A DNA stretch of 64,000 bases from Synechococcus sp. (GCA_047285535.1 JBJBDC010000001.1:1952136-2016135); one strand, 5' to 3'; shown: positions 19,571 through 29,701, numbered from the stretch's first letter. A program made the numbers and translations. Notes: generated by a model from the letters alone, not told the origin.

Positions 19571-20621
19571 GCCCATCCTGTTTGGTCCTGTTCACAACCC
19601 GTGGAAGCTTGGGCGTAGCGCCGACGGGTCCAGCGGTGGATCAGCAGCAGCTGTTGCCGCAGGGATTATCCCGCTCGCGCATGCCAATGACGGGGGTGGC
19701 TCGATTCGTATTCCCGCCTCTTGCAACGGCCTGGTGAGTCTCAACCCATCCCGTGACCGGGTCCAAACGGGCCCAGACTATTCCGACCCCCTCTGTGGAC
19801 TGACCTGTGAGTTTGTCGTTTCACGCAGCGTGCGTGATTGTGCGACCTTATTGGACAGTGTGGCGGGGGCCGATGTGGGCGCGTCGGGACTGCCTCTACC
19901 ACCCACCCGTCCCTATCGAGCAGAGGCTGGCATCTAACCTGGTCGACTGCGGATCGCGTGGACGACGACACCGGCATCCGGAGACAAGGTGGATCCAAAA
20001 TGCGAGAAAGACGTGCACGAGACCGTCCAGTTGCTGCAAGACCTCGGCCATACCCTTGTCGAAGATCGCCCCAGGTATGACTGGGACGAATTTCTTGACA
20101 ATATTCACGTCATTTGAACCAGCGCCAATGCCAAGGCGCTGAACGAGTTGGCCTCCATCATGGGCCGTACGCTTGGACCGGAGACTCTCGAGTCAGTCAC
20201 CTTGGCCTGCTGCAAAGACGGTGAGCGCTACTCAGCTGTTGATTTGCTCAACGCCATGGACCATAGAGGACGCCTATCCCGCCTGGTTGGTCGTTTCTTC
20301 CAAGAGATTGATGTCTTGGTGATGCCAACAATTGCTTGCCTACCTGCTGCACACGGCGAGATTAATCAGAACCGACCCGGCATGACCGCCATGGAATGGA
20401 CCCTCCACGTCTTTTCCTATGCGCCCCTCACTCCTCTGTTTAATTCCACGGGCCAGCCTTCCATCGCACTGCCTTTGCACTGAAGCAGCGATGGGCTTCC
20501 CGTCGGGGTCCAATTTGCAAGTCGACGCGGCGATAAAGCCACACTGTTGCGCGTGGCTTCTCAGCTTGAGCAGGCGCGACCCTGGGCGAACAAGCGACCA
20601 CCTGTCCATGTGGCGAACTGA
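19560..20621 (+). pseudogene. Amidase-signature family pseudogene (5'-truncated, three nonsense codons)
   Basis: [23 protein letters not shown]...[38 protein letters not shown]; in-frame stops at 19935, 20115 and 20481. Confidence 0.9.
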
Positions 20622-21132
20622 CCCAACACTGGAGAAGCAACGATGCAATAGGGATCAGACGAACCACGCCTCGCCACTCTCGTGGTAGTGGACAGAGATC
20701 CTGCTTGCCTGTCACTAACGCCTACCTGGATAGGGAACGGATCACCACTGAGGTCCTCCCTTTGTAAGGCCATTGGGCACACAGCAGCAGGCCAGCAGAA
20801 CACGGGAAGCGATGGTGCACCAGGAGGCCAGAAAGATATTGTCATCCGATAGCAATGGTCTGCTGCTGAGAGGCGCTGTGGCGGCAAAGCCAGGGGGGTG
20901 GAGCAGAGGCTGACGCAGTGTCAGCGAGTGTTGCCAGAAAGCACCACGATCAAGGAGGATTGATCAGAACGACGGATCAACAACCCAATCGTGTCGTTGC
21001 ATTGAACAGGATCAGGAGAGAACCTTGCATTCCTTGTCCACGCTTCTTAGATCAAGATAAAGAGGAAAATAACATCATTCAATCTGAGCTATTTTCAGGA
21101 CTCATTGAAAATACAAAACGGAGAACAATTGA

Positions 21133-21981
21133 ATGCATGATGCAAAGAAAATTAATCAATCTAATCCAAGCGCTGGGTACTATCCCGCACCAGGATGGGA
21201 ATGGCAAAATCCCGATCCAAAGACCTATCTCGTCGACAACAACTTAGCCCAATACGCCCAGTCCTGGATTTTAAATCTGGTTGAGTTTGTTCATTGGCTC
21301 CCTTTCATTCCGACGTTCATTCTCTCTTTTATTATTTTTCAGCATGCCGACTCGTTACGCACGCTTCTCGGCAGCGACATTCAAGTCTTTTTGATCTTGC
21401 TCAGCCCCTTAGTGCAAACATTCGGAGGGCTTATGGGCATCACAATGCATGAGTACGAAGGCTGGCAAGTCGCCTTGTTTCAGAACCCACTCGACACTGA
21501 CTTCAACATCAGAGATTGCAATAACGAATGGCTGCGAGAAGTAGCCTACAAACTGTTATTTTTCTTACAAGGTGCAGGTCTTTTAGCGTTTTCACTGGGC
21601 GTCTTTGGCATTAACAAAATCACACTGAGTTTTGCTCTTATCAGTGGAGTTATTGCATTCATTGGCCCCCAGAACCCAAAGGCAACGTTCACCTTCAACA
21701 AGCAGCCCGTCTTCCCTCTGGCCCTGTCAATACTGGCAGTATTTATCATCAATGCCATAGTCAACTTTATTGCTTATTTTTATTTATTTGATGCGGCTCT
21801 TATCAAAGCACATTTACCGATCATTCTCGCAGGAACAGCTCCTCTTCTCCTGATGCTCGGTGGCGTAATTGAAGGTGTTATCGCCGAATCAACATTCAAC
21901 CAGTGGTGGCATTTTATCGCAGTAGTCTTTCTCAATCTTGGCATGGTGGTTCAGATTTATTTCTTCAAATTACTATGGTGA
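21133..21981 (+). CDS. Multi-pass membrane protein of unknown function (282 aa)
   Basis: Long AT-rich ORF with ~7-8 hydrophobic segments. Confidence 0.8.
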   Translation: MHDAKKINQSNPSAGYYPAPGWEWQNPDPKTYLVDNNLAQYAQSWILNLVEFVHWLPFIPTFILSFIIFQHADSLRTLLGSDIQVFLILLSPLVQTFGGLMGITMHEYEGWQVALFQNPLDTDFNIRDCNNEWLREVAYKLLFFLQGAGLLAFSLGVFGINKITLSFALISGVIAFIGPQNPKATFTFNKQPVFPLALSILAVFIINAIVNFIAYFYLFDAALIKAHLPIILAGTAPLLLMLGGVIEGVIAESTFNQWWHFIAVVFLNLGMVVQIYFFKLLW

Positions 21982-22318
21982 TCCTATAATTCATTACCAT
22001 GCACAACTCCTCACATCAGCCTGGGCTACGGATGCCTTCAATCAAATGAAGTTGTGCATGAACTGGAATTTATTTCAATGCGTTTGATCCTGGTTATACC
22101 CCAAAATTAACCATGACATCAACGCTTGGGCTCGCCGGTCCCAGGGAGCGCTCAGTGTGCTCTAACAGGAAGTGTTCTTTGCTGCCCTCACCATGGCAGC
22201 AAGCTGTCACAACATCCGGACGCCATAGCAACGCATCAACATCAAACTGTTGCTGTTGATTAGCGACTGAAACTGAGCACCCGTTAGCGCAGCATCCCGA
22301 GACGACTGAGTCGTTCGA

Positions 22319-23074
22319 TCAGATCCGTGTCATGACCGAAAAACTTGATGCTTGCCAAGTCCCATCTACGGAATATTCAATTACAGATTTTTGGAGCAGC
22401 CCAGCGTCACAGCACCAGTAGCTTTCAAAGGAGAATGCTTGGGTGATGTCATCAACCGAGGGAAGAGAGGCAGCTCCTCTATCGTGAAAATACACCAGCT
22501 TCGCTGACAAGGACGTGTCAACGCGAGATTCAAACTCATCAAAACTTGAGTGGGGCCAGCTTTGATTAGTGAACGTTCTTTTGGAGACACGCCAGGACCC
22601 AACCATCAAAGAATCATCCATCAAACTGTCGTTTAATGGAGCAGTCAAACCATCGGCTTCTCGAATCAAGGTTCTAGAAAAAACCCCTTGCGTTCGATCA
22701 AACAGAAACACCTGCCTATGCCTTCTTTTGGCTTTAATAAATGAAAATTCAACTTTCGAGACTTCATCTTCTTTCATTGCAAGTGTAGCCGCACAGAAAG
22801 CACCGCCCGGAAAATAGATATACTCTTTGGTGAATGATTTAAGACGCATCATAATTTCCTTTTCAGGATCTCCACCGCCAAGCCCTTGATTCGCATCCCA
22901 AAGTCTCAGACGAAAATCAAGGCAATTCTTTTCCTCCGATTGCTTGAACTCCAGTCTTGATAAAGACTGAGAGATCATCGTCATTCGATCATCATAGCGA
23001 GTGAAAGTACCATTCCAGTCGCCAAGATTTTCGCAGACAGCCTTCCACTGCATCTCAAAGCTCGATTGGTCCAT
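22319..23074 (-). CDS. DUF3598-family cyanobacterial beta-barrel protein
   Basis: QWxxxxENLGDWNGTFTR N-terminus and two-barrel pattern; start moved from 23113 to ATG 23074. Confidence 0.7.
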   Translation of the reverse strand: MDQSSFEMQWKAVCENLGDWNGTFTRYDDRMTMISQSLSRLEFKQSEEKNCLDFRLRLWDANQGLGGGDPEKEIMMRLKSFTKEYIYFPGGAFCAATLAMKEDEVSKVEFSFIKAKRRHRQVFLFDRTQGVFSRTLIREADGLTAPLNDSLMDDSLMVGSWRVSKRTFTNQSWPHSSFDEFESRVDTSLSAKLVYFHDRGAASLPSVDDITQAFSFESYWCCDAGLLQKSVIEYSVDGTWQASSFSVMTRI

Positions 23075-23549
23075 CACTAGTCCTCTCCCATGGAAACCAC
23101 ATTGCGCCAGCAATCAATCAAGCAACGCAGGATATCGATTCGGCAAATTGATTTTCTTGACTGGTGCTATCTAGACGTGAACTTTGTCAACCAGTCAGCA
23201 CAGAAACAAGGGCGTCACCCAGAACTCTCCTCCATCCCCTCATCACGTCTCAGATGTCCGAACAGAGGAGTCGGAATGTCGCCACAGTTTTCAAAGCTGC
23301 CGACGGGCTGCGTTGAGGACGCGCACTGAACAAAAGCCACCGGCCTTGAGGGTCCCTGCGGAACCGTTTCAGCGTCAGCCTGGCCTGCTCCGCCTGAAAT
23401 CGGCCATAGGATTGAGCCGAGGAGTGCCATCCCACAGTCAAGTCATCAGCACCATCACGTCACCGAACCATCGTCATCCGCCCCTCAAGACAAGCAGGCA
23501 GGAGCTGGATGATCACCGGGTCGCCTGAAGCCTTGACCATCCTTCAACC

Positions 23550-24389
23550 ATGACTGACATCGTCAAGCCTGTGCATCAAGCGGACTACGTGCTCGGTCAT
23601 TCAGTCCGAGAGCTCAATCGACTGGAACAACAGGAACTCCTGATCGGCCCCTTCACCCGTCGTTCCTTTCGTGAAGCCGGTATCAAGCCTGGATTTCGCG
23701 TGCTGGATATCGGTAGCGGCGTCGGCGATGTGAGCTTTCTCACCGCCGACATGGTCGGTGCAGACGGCACTGTTGTAGGCATCGATCGTTCAGCGACCGC
23801 CGTCGCAACGGCGCGTCGTCACGCAGAAACCCGTGGTGTCCTCAATGTCGACTTTCACGTTGGCGATCCAACAGAACGAAGCTTTGAACAGCCGTTCGAC
23901 GCCGTTGTTGGCCGTTACGTCTTGCTGTTTCAACCAGAGATCCCTCGATTTCTAAGCAACCTGAGAAGTCATCTGAAGCCGGGCGGCCTCATGATTTTTC
24001 ATGAGCCTGATCTGTGCAGCCTTCGCTCTCAGCCACCAGCTCCTGCCTACGACCGTTGCAGTGACTGGATCTACGAAGCGTTTCGCCTGAGTGGCAACGA
24101 AGTCAACATGGCGGCTCGCATCCTTGAGGCCTTCATGCAGGCCGACCTGCCCACTCCCCAGTTGAGAATGGAAACCTATCTGGCAGGACCTTCTCAGTGC
24201 TCGCCCTGGCTGAACGCCATGGCAGAACTGGCCGAAAGCCTGCTCACAGCCATGGTGTCATTTGGAATTGCCACGGCTGAGGACGTTGCCACTGAGAGCC
24301 TAGTCATGCGCATGCAACACGACATCAACCAGAGCAACAGCGTTGTCTTCGGTCGCACTGAAGTCTGCGCCTGGTCTCAACTCCCCTGA
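23550..24389 (+). CDS. Class I SAM-dependent methyltransferase
   Basis: VLDIGSGVGD motif I, VVGIDRS, FDAVVGR, LKPGG. Confidence 0.9.
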   Translation: MTDIVKPVHQADYVLGHSVRELNRLEQQELLIGPFTRRSFREAGIKPGFRVLDIGSGVGDVSFLTADMVGADGTVVGIDRSATAVATARRHAETRGVLNVDFHVGDPTERSFEQPFDAVVGRYVLLFQPEIPRFLSNLRSHLKPGGLMIFHEPDLCSLRSQPPAPAYDRCSDWIYEAFRLSGNEVNMAARILEAFMQADLPTPQLRMETYLAGPSQCSPWLNAMAELAESLLTAMVSFGIATAEDVATESLVMRMQHDINQSNSVVFGRTEVCAWSQLP

Positions 24390-24551
24390 GATCAGCACTT
24401 CAGCAGGATGCGCGACAGTCACGACGATGGCATGAGCACCCGTTCAGGCACCTGATCAGCAACGGCATCAACCGCGTGACCCTGCAACTGGTGTTGATGC
24501 TGGAGGCGATCTGCTGCGGAACAGGCATCCAGCCACCTCGAGGGGAGCAGA

Positions 24552-25391
24552 TCATCGACTTCTGTCAGACCCCAGATAAAAACGAGCACAGTTGCTGCCC
24601 CAGAACCCCTTGGCCTGCTCCGGTTCGAGGTGACGCACATAGGCCCGTGCCAGCCCCTCGACCTGCTCATAGCCTGCCGCCAGCAGGCAGACCGGCCAGT
24701 CGCTGCCGAACATCAACCGCTCAGGCTGGAACGCCTCGAACACCACGTCGAGGTAGGGCCGGAAGTCGGCGACGTCCCAATTCTGATGATCGGCCTCGGT
24801 CACCAGGCCCGAGACCTTGCAGCAGACGTTCGGATGGAGGGCCAGCTCCTGGATCAGAGAGGCCCAGGGCTCGATGACCCCCTCCCGAATCCTCGGCTTG
24901 GCGATGTGATCGAGGACGAAGGCCTGCTCCGGACACCGCTGCACGAGTTCGATCGCAGCGGGCAGCTGGCTCGGATAGATCACAAGGTCATAGGTCAGCC
25001 CGAACTGACGCAGCGCCCCAATGCCGCGCACCACCGACGGCCGGACAAGAAATCGGGCATCGGGCTCGTCCTGCGCAAGGTGGCGGACGCCAACGAATCG
25101 AGGGTGCTCCGCCAGAGACGCCAGGCTGTCCTCAACCCGATCGGACTGGAGGTCCACCCAGCCGACCACTCCCTTCACACTCGGATCCGCATCGGCCAGT
25201 CCCAGAAGCCACCATGATTCAGCCAGCGACTGACGCGCCTCCACAACGATGGAACCGTCGAACCCCAGCGACCGGTGAATCCGCCCGAGGTCCTCAGGCA
25301 GCCAGTCACGCTGAAGAGCTGATCCCTGCGGGATCCAGGGATGCTCAGCGGCGGTGTATCTCCAGAAATGCTGGTGAGCGTCGATCTTCAT
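24552..25391 (-). CDS. Amidohydrolase_2 family protein (L-fuconolactonase-like)
   Basis: IDAHQHFW, GVRH, LDHIAKP, CKVSG, RLMFGSDWPVC. Confidence 0.9.
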   Translation of the reverse strand: MKIDAHQHFWRYTAAEHPWIPQGSALQRDWLPEDLGRIHRSLGFDGSIVVEARQSLAESWWLLGLADADPSVKGVVGWVDLQSDRVEDSLASLAEHPRFVGVRHLAQDEPDARFLVRPSVVRGIGALRQFGLTYDLVIYPSQLPAAIELVQRCPEQAFVLDHIAKPRIREGVIEPWASLIQELALHPNVCCKVSGLVTEADHQNWDVADFRPYLDVVFEAFQPERLMFGSDWPVCLLAAGYEQVEGLARAYVRHLEPEQAKGFWGSNCARFYLGSDRSR

Positions 25392-25550
25392 AGACTCATG
25401 TTGTCAGCACACCACAGCACTGGCAGCTTGGATGGTGCAGGCAGCAGAACCCCCTGTTCAGGCCCCAACGCGTCAAGAGGGTTGATGAGGCCGTGGCGTT
25501 CCCTCCAGGAAATGGCTATGAAAACTAGCGGCCGAGCCAGAGATGCACCG

Positions 25551-26810
25551 ATGAAATCCGGCCTGTTCTGCACGCTCTGGATCGGACTGCTGGTGATGGA
25601 GGCTCTGTCGGTCACCGCTGCCGCTGAGATGGCTGCACCGCCGATTGTGGTGGGTGACCCCAGGGTCCGCTGCGAGGACGATCCCAGTTGCATGAATCGC
25701 CTGCACCCCGCGATTCCCACGGTGGCGGAAGCAGCACCCGGACAACGGATCGTTTTCCATAGCCGCGATGCCTTCGATCTGACGCTCGACCCGGATCAGT
25801 GGTCCAGCGCAAAGACCATTCCCCGCCGCGGAGTGGGAATCGCCCATGCCCTGACGGGTCCGGTCTCCATCATCGGCGCCAAAGCGGGAGACGTTCTGGC
25901 TGTCACCATCGAGAGGATCGAACCAGCCAAGGTCGGCTGGACCCAGGCGGGGGCCTTCGGCTTTGCCGCCGACCGGTTCGGCAGCGACGAACTCTTCATC
26001 GTCTGGCGTCTGAACGACCGCGAGGCCGTCAGTGATGCACTGCCGGGTATCCGCATCCCCAACAGCAGTTTCCCGGGGGTGGTGACCACTCTGCCCAGCA
26101 AGCAGTTTCTTGCGACGGTGCTGGCGCGGGAAACAGAACTGCTGAACGCAGGCGGCAGCGTCTTCAATCCTGACCCTGACGAAGCTAGACCTACAGCAGT
26201 GTGTGGGCCGGGGGGGACGCACGCAGCGGAATGCCTGCGAACGGTGCCACCACGGGAGCAGGGCGGCAACATGGACATCCGTTACCTCACTGCCGGCACC
26301 ACGGTTTATCTGCCCTGCATGGTGGATGGTTGCGGACTCGCGGTTGGCGACTTTCACTATGCACAGGGCGATGGAGAAGTGTCCGGATCTGCGATCGAGA
26401 TGGGCGGAAGCCTCACGGTCACGACCAGGATTGCCACCAATCCTCCGGATCTGTCCTATGGCCCTCACTATGAAGGCCCCGCTTCGGCACTGACCATTCC
26501 GTCCCGTCGCTTTTACGCCGTCACTGGAATCCCGGTCAAAGAACCGGGAACCGTTCCCTCGGATCTGGCTTATCTGGCCTCCCCGAAACTTGCGGGACTG
26601 AGCAACCTCTCAGGAAACATCAGCCTCGCTGCCCAGAACGCTTTGGCCGCCATGATCGACTACATCACAAGGAACTACGGCTACAGCCGGATTCAGGCCT
26701 ACCTCATCGCCAGCGTTGCCGTCGATCTGCGGATCACACAACTCGTTGATGTCCCGAACATGGGAGTGACTGCCATCCTGCCCTTGGACATCTTTGTTGG
26801 GCGCGACTAG
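25551..26810 (+). CDS. Acetamidase/formamidase (FmdA/AmdA) family protein with apparent signal peptide
   Basis: NRLHP, HALTGPV, GGNMD, GDFHYAQGDGEV, QLVDVPN; ORF open from 25341 but that overlaps the divergent gene, so ATG 25551 preferred. Confidence 0.88.
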   Translation: MKSGLFCTLWIGLLVMEALSVTAAAEMAAPPIVVGDPRVRCEDDPSCMNRLHPAIPTVAEAAPGQRIVFHSRDAFDLTLDPDQWSSAKTIPRRGVGIAHALTGPVSIIGAKAGDVLAVTIERIEPAKVGWTQAGAFGFAADRFGSDELFIVWRLNDREAVSDALPGIRIPNSSFPGVVTTLPSKQFLATVLARETELLNAGGSVFNPDPDEARPTAVCGPGGTHAAECLRTVPPREQGGNMDIRYLTAGTTVYLPCMVDGCGLAVGDFHYAQGDGEVSGSAIEMGGSLTVTTRIATNPPDLSYGPHYEGPASALTIPSRRFYAVTGIPVKEPGTVPSDLAYLASPKLAGLSNLSGNISLAAQNALAAMIDYITRNYGYSRIQAYLIASVAVDLRITQLVDVPNMGVTAILPLDIFVGRD

Positions 26811-26959
26811 CAGCTTGCGGCTTGCGCTGAGTGTTCAGACAAATGCCACGGGCTGAACGGGGGAGTGTGCATCCCTTCGCAACACGCCAATGAACTCCAG
26901 TCGCAAGGAAAGACGAGTGGCCAAGAAACTGAACTGATTCAGCGATGGAGGGCCTCATC

Positions 26960-26996
26960 GCCATGAAGCCTTCAGATGGTCTGAAGGCTTCATGGC
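26960..26996. repeat. Perfect 17-bp inverted repeat with 3-nt loop
   Basis: GCCATGAAGCCTTCAGA-TGG-TCTGAAGGCTTCATGGC between convergent genes. Confidence 0.95.
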
Positions 26997-27018
26997 TGCC
27001 AACGGGTGAGACCTGGCT

Positions 27019-27453
27019 TCAGGCCCCGAGCCACTGCAGCGACACCCTGCGCTGGCGTGGACCGTCGAGCTCCACCAGCATCACGTCTTGATACTGCCCC
27101 AATTGCAGTTCTCCCTTGCTGACATTCACGATGACCTCATTGCCAAGCATCAGAGCCTGCAGATGAGCATGGGCATTGCGCGGTTCATCGTCTGGGATGC
27201 CGTGGCGTAATTCCAAGTCGTCATGCTTCCAGGCAGCACCTGGGGGTGCCTGCTGGCTCAGCCATCGCTTCAGATCCATCAACAACCGTTCCTCCATTTC
27301 ATTGATGATCACGGCGGTGGTGGTGTGCTGACCTGACACAACGACGGCGCCATCACCTCGACCCTGAATCTGAACGAAGCGACGTAGCTCTGCCGTGAGA
27401 GGCAGACATTGAAAGGGTGCCTCAGTGCGGAGGCTCAGGAGCTGGGATGTCAT
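27019..27453 (-). CDS. yjbQ: YjbQ/UPF0047 family (secondary thiamine-phosphate synthase-like)
   Basis: HTTTAVIINE, NAHAHL, LGQYQ...ELDGPR. Confidence 0.9.
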   Translation of the reverse strand: MTSQLLSLRTEAPFQCLPLTAELRRFVQIQGRGDGAVVVSGQHTTTAVIINEMEERLLMDLKRWLSQQAPPGAAWKHDDLELRHGIPDDEPRNAHAHLQALMLGNEVIVNVSKGELQLGQYQDVMLVELDGPRQRRVSLQWLGA

Positions 27454-27501
27454 GCCGTCATGCTGGCGTCTAGAACAGCTCCATGGTCTAGGAGACATTG
27501 C

Positions 27502-27678
27502 ATGGCCCTGATTCCCCGCTGGCAGTACATGACAGACACGAGCAAGGCATTGGTCAAGCGCGGTGTGGTGAGTGTGCTGGTGCTGTTTGTGGCGATCGTG
27601 GTTTTACGGGGGCTGCTGCCCTGGGTGCTGCTGGGACTGGTCGCCTGGTTCGTTTGGACCTGGGTCCGAGGGCGCTGA
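27502..27678 (+). CDS. Small membrane protein of a picocyanobacterial type
   Basis: MALIPRWQYMT... followed by two hydrophobic stretches; AGGAG RBS. Confidence 0.7.
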   Translation: MALIPRWQYMTDTSKALVKRGVVSVLVLFVAIVVLRGLLPWVLLGLVAWFVWTWVRGR

Positions 27679-28050
27679 CATCGATCGCTTGCCGCTCAAG
27701 GTGGCTGGACAGCTGCGATGGCGGCCAACCTTCAACGATGGAGATCAGAGCAACAGCGCCAACCTGGATGTGAGCCACCAGCTCGATCCAAGCCTTCACC
27801 CATCGCGGTGGGTGAACAAAATCATTCAGCGTGATCCATAAATCGCCCTCTCCAATCAAAAGCGATCCACAACAGAGGCGAACAAAGTCTCAGAGAATAA
27901 AAAACAAACAAAGCTGGTACATAGCCTGCATCAAGCCATTAATCCAAAACCAAAAGGCCAAACGAAGCGACCTGATGAATTGAGCCCAAGAAGAGCGAAA
28001 CTGTTACAATTAACCTTCAACAATTAGCCATAAAAAGAGTCACGGCCAAC

Positions 28051-28416
28051 ATGTTTAAGGTGATCAAAAACATTAAACTTCACTGGCTCAACATCAGTAT
28101 AATCATCTTTTTGGCGATCACCATTCTGTCGCTGCACCCTCTTGACAACCTGCCTGAAGCGCCAGGATCCGACAAAACACACCATTTCATTTCATACGCA
28201 GCGCTTGCCTATCCCACCGCACTACGCAAGCCAAATCGATGGCTTTATATCATTACATTGTTTGCAATTTATAGCGGCCTCATGGAGTTAATCCAGCCTC
28301 ATGTCAATCGCTACGGGGAATGGATGGATTTTCTAGCCAATATTGGTGGACTACTCCTTGGCGTCATACTGGCCCTTTTAACCAACACACTTGAGAAACA
28401 AACTGGAAACCAATAA
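28051..28416 (+). CDS. VanZ-like membrane protein
   Basis: DKTHHFISY, ELIQPHVNR, DFLAN motifs. Confidence 0.85.
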   Translation: MFKVIKNIKLHWLNISIIIFLAITILSLHPLDNLPEAPGSDKTHHFISYAALAYPTALRKPNRWLYIITLFAIYSGLMELIQPHVNRYGEWMDFLANIGGLLLGVILALLTNTLEKQTGNQ

Positions 28417-28530
28417 ACCTGAGCGATAGAGACTGGAAGGCTATCTTTAATTTCCTCAACCCCCCATCCAGTTCAACAGCAGAACCAGCAAACACCTGCT
28501 TTCAATATCAATCAAGACTCCAGTGAAATG

Positions 28531-28561
28531 TTGATGACATGACATATTGATGACATGACAT
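28531..28561. repeat. Tandem direct repeat TTGATGACATGACAT x2
   Basis: Copies at 28531-28545 and 28547-28561. Confidence 0.9.
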
Positions 28562-28810
28562 CCGATCAGCAGCCAGCTCCTCGGACGGACTCAATGGAAA
28601 CAACAACTCCATTCAAAACGCTATTGCTTCATGAGCTGGTTGCAGAAAAAAGAAAAAAGCAAAGCGTCCACCTCAGGAAAGACTCCTTGCATCGGCCATT
28701 GCATTAGTGATTGCATCGCGCAATCCATGGCTGATTGCATCGCCTCACCAACTGGCTTCATGGGTGTTGGCGATCCAAAGCATCAACGGCAGCGAGCGCC
28801 CAGCCCATGA

Positions 28811-29701
28811 TCACCTTCCAGCGGGGGTGAAGCGCATGCTCAAATCCAACCAGGAGCTGCGGGTCACCGGAGCACTGGTGGAAATCAAATCAACCCCCGT
28901 AGGCGCATAAGCCCTGAGATCAGCAGGGTTCACCCCAGAGGCTTCAAGCACAACAGGAGAGCCTCCTGCTCGATCCAACGCCAGGGACCGCAGGATCGGC
29001 ACCAAAGAACTGAGCTCCTGCGCAGAGAATTCATCCAACAGCACACCGTCAGCACCAGCCGCCACCGCGGCTTCCGCCTCCTTCACCGTTTCCGCCTCAA
29101 CAATCACTCGCGCGGGCCAGGGAGCCTCAGCCCGCACGGCCTTGATGGCGGAGGCAACACCACCCGCCCAGGCCAGGTGATTTTCCTTGAGCATTGCCGC
29201 ATCATCCAGACCCATCCGATGATTGATCCCGCCACCACAACGGACGGCATATTTCTCGAGATCCCTTAAGCCAGGAGTCGTTTTACGGGTGTCCACCAAC
29301 TGCACACCACTGCCCTCAAGGTGTTGAACCAGGACCGCTGTCGCTGTGGCAATACCAGACAGATGCATCACCAAATTGAGTGCGGTGCGTTCCAGCGCCA
29401 CCAACACCTCGGCCGGGCCATGGAGCTCCAAGAGCCGATCCCCAACCGCAATCCCTACCCCATCACGCACCAACAGCTGAAGTTCAACCTGGTGTCCACA
29501 AGGCCCCACCAGCTCAGACAGCAACGGTTGGAGCAACACACCCCCGCAGAACACACCATCGGCTTTAGCGAGCCAATGCGCCCCAGCCGATTGTCCTCGG
29601 ACCGCAGAGGCAGAAAGATCACCGCGACCCAGATCTTCCTGCAACCAGTCACCCAGCCTGCGGCGAAGACCTGGGGTGATGGCAAGCGTGCTGGACGCCA
29701 T
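28811..29701 (-). CDS. nadC: Nicotinate-nucleotide pyrophosphorylase (carboxylating)
   Basis: EDLGRGD, DTRKTTPGLR, NHRMGLDD, KENH. Confidence 0.97.
   Translation of the reverse strand: MASSTLAITPGLRRRLGDWLQEDLGRGDLSASAVRGQSAGAHWLAKADGVFCGGVLLQPLLSELVGPCGHQVELQLLVRDGVGIAVGDRLLELHGPAEVLVALERTALNLVMHLSGIATATAVLVQHLEGSGVQLVDTRKTTPGLRDLEKYAVRCGGGINHRMGLDDAAMLKENHLAWAGGVASAIKAVRAEAPWPARVIVEAETVKEAEAAVAAGADGVLLDEFSAQELSSLVPILRSLALDRAGGSPVVLEASGVNPADLRAYAPTGVDLISTSAPVTRSSWLDLSMRFTPAGR

Noticed and set aside
20630..21130. Short ORFs between the amidase pseudogene and the membrane protein gene
   Set aside because: No recognisable motifs; treated as intergenic debris.
22001..22057. 57-bp GCACAAC...GTTGTGC element after a stop codon, resembling an integron attC site
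   Set aside because: No complementary inner L boxes, no similar elements after other island genes, and no integrase seen.
25341..25550. Long N-terminal extension of the formamidase ORF
   Set aside because: Overlaps the divergent amidohydrolase start and is not protein-like; downstream ATG preferred.
28531..28745. Short repeats considered as a CRISPR array
   Set aside because: Units too short, no unique spacers, no cas genes.
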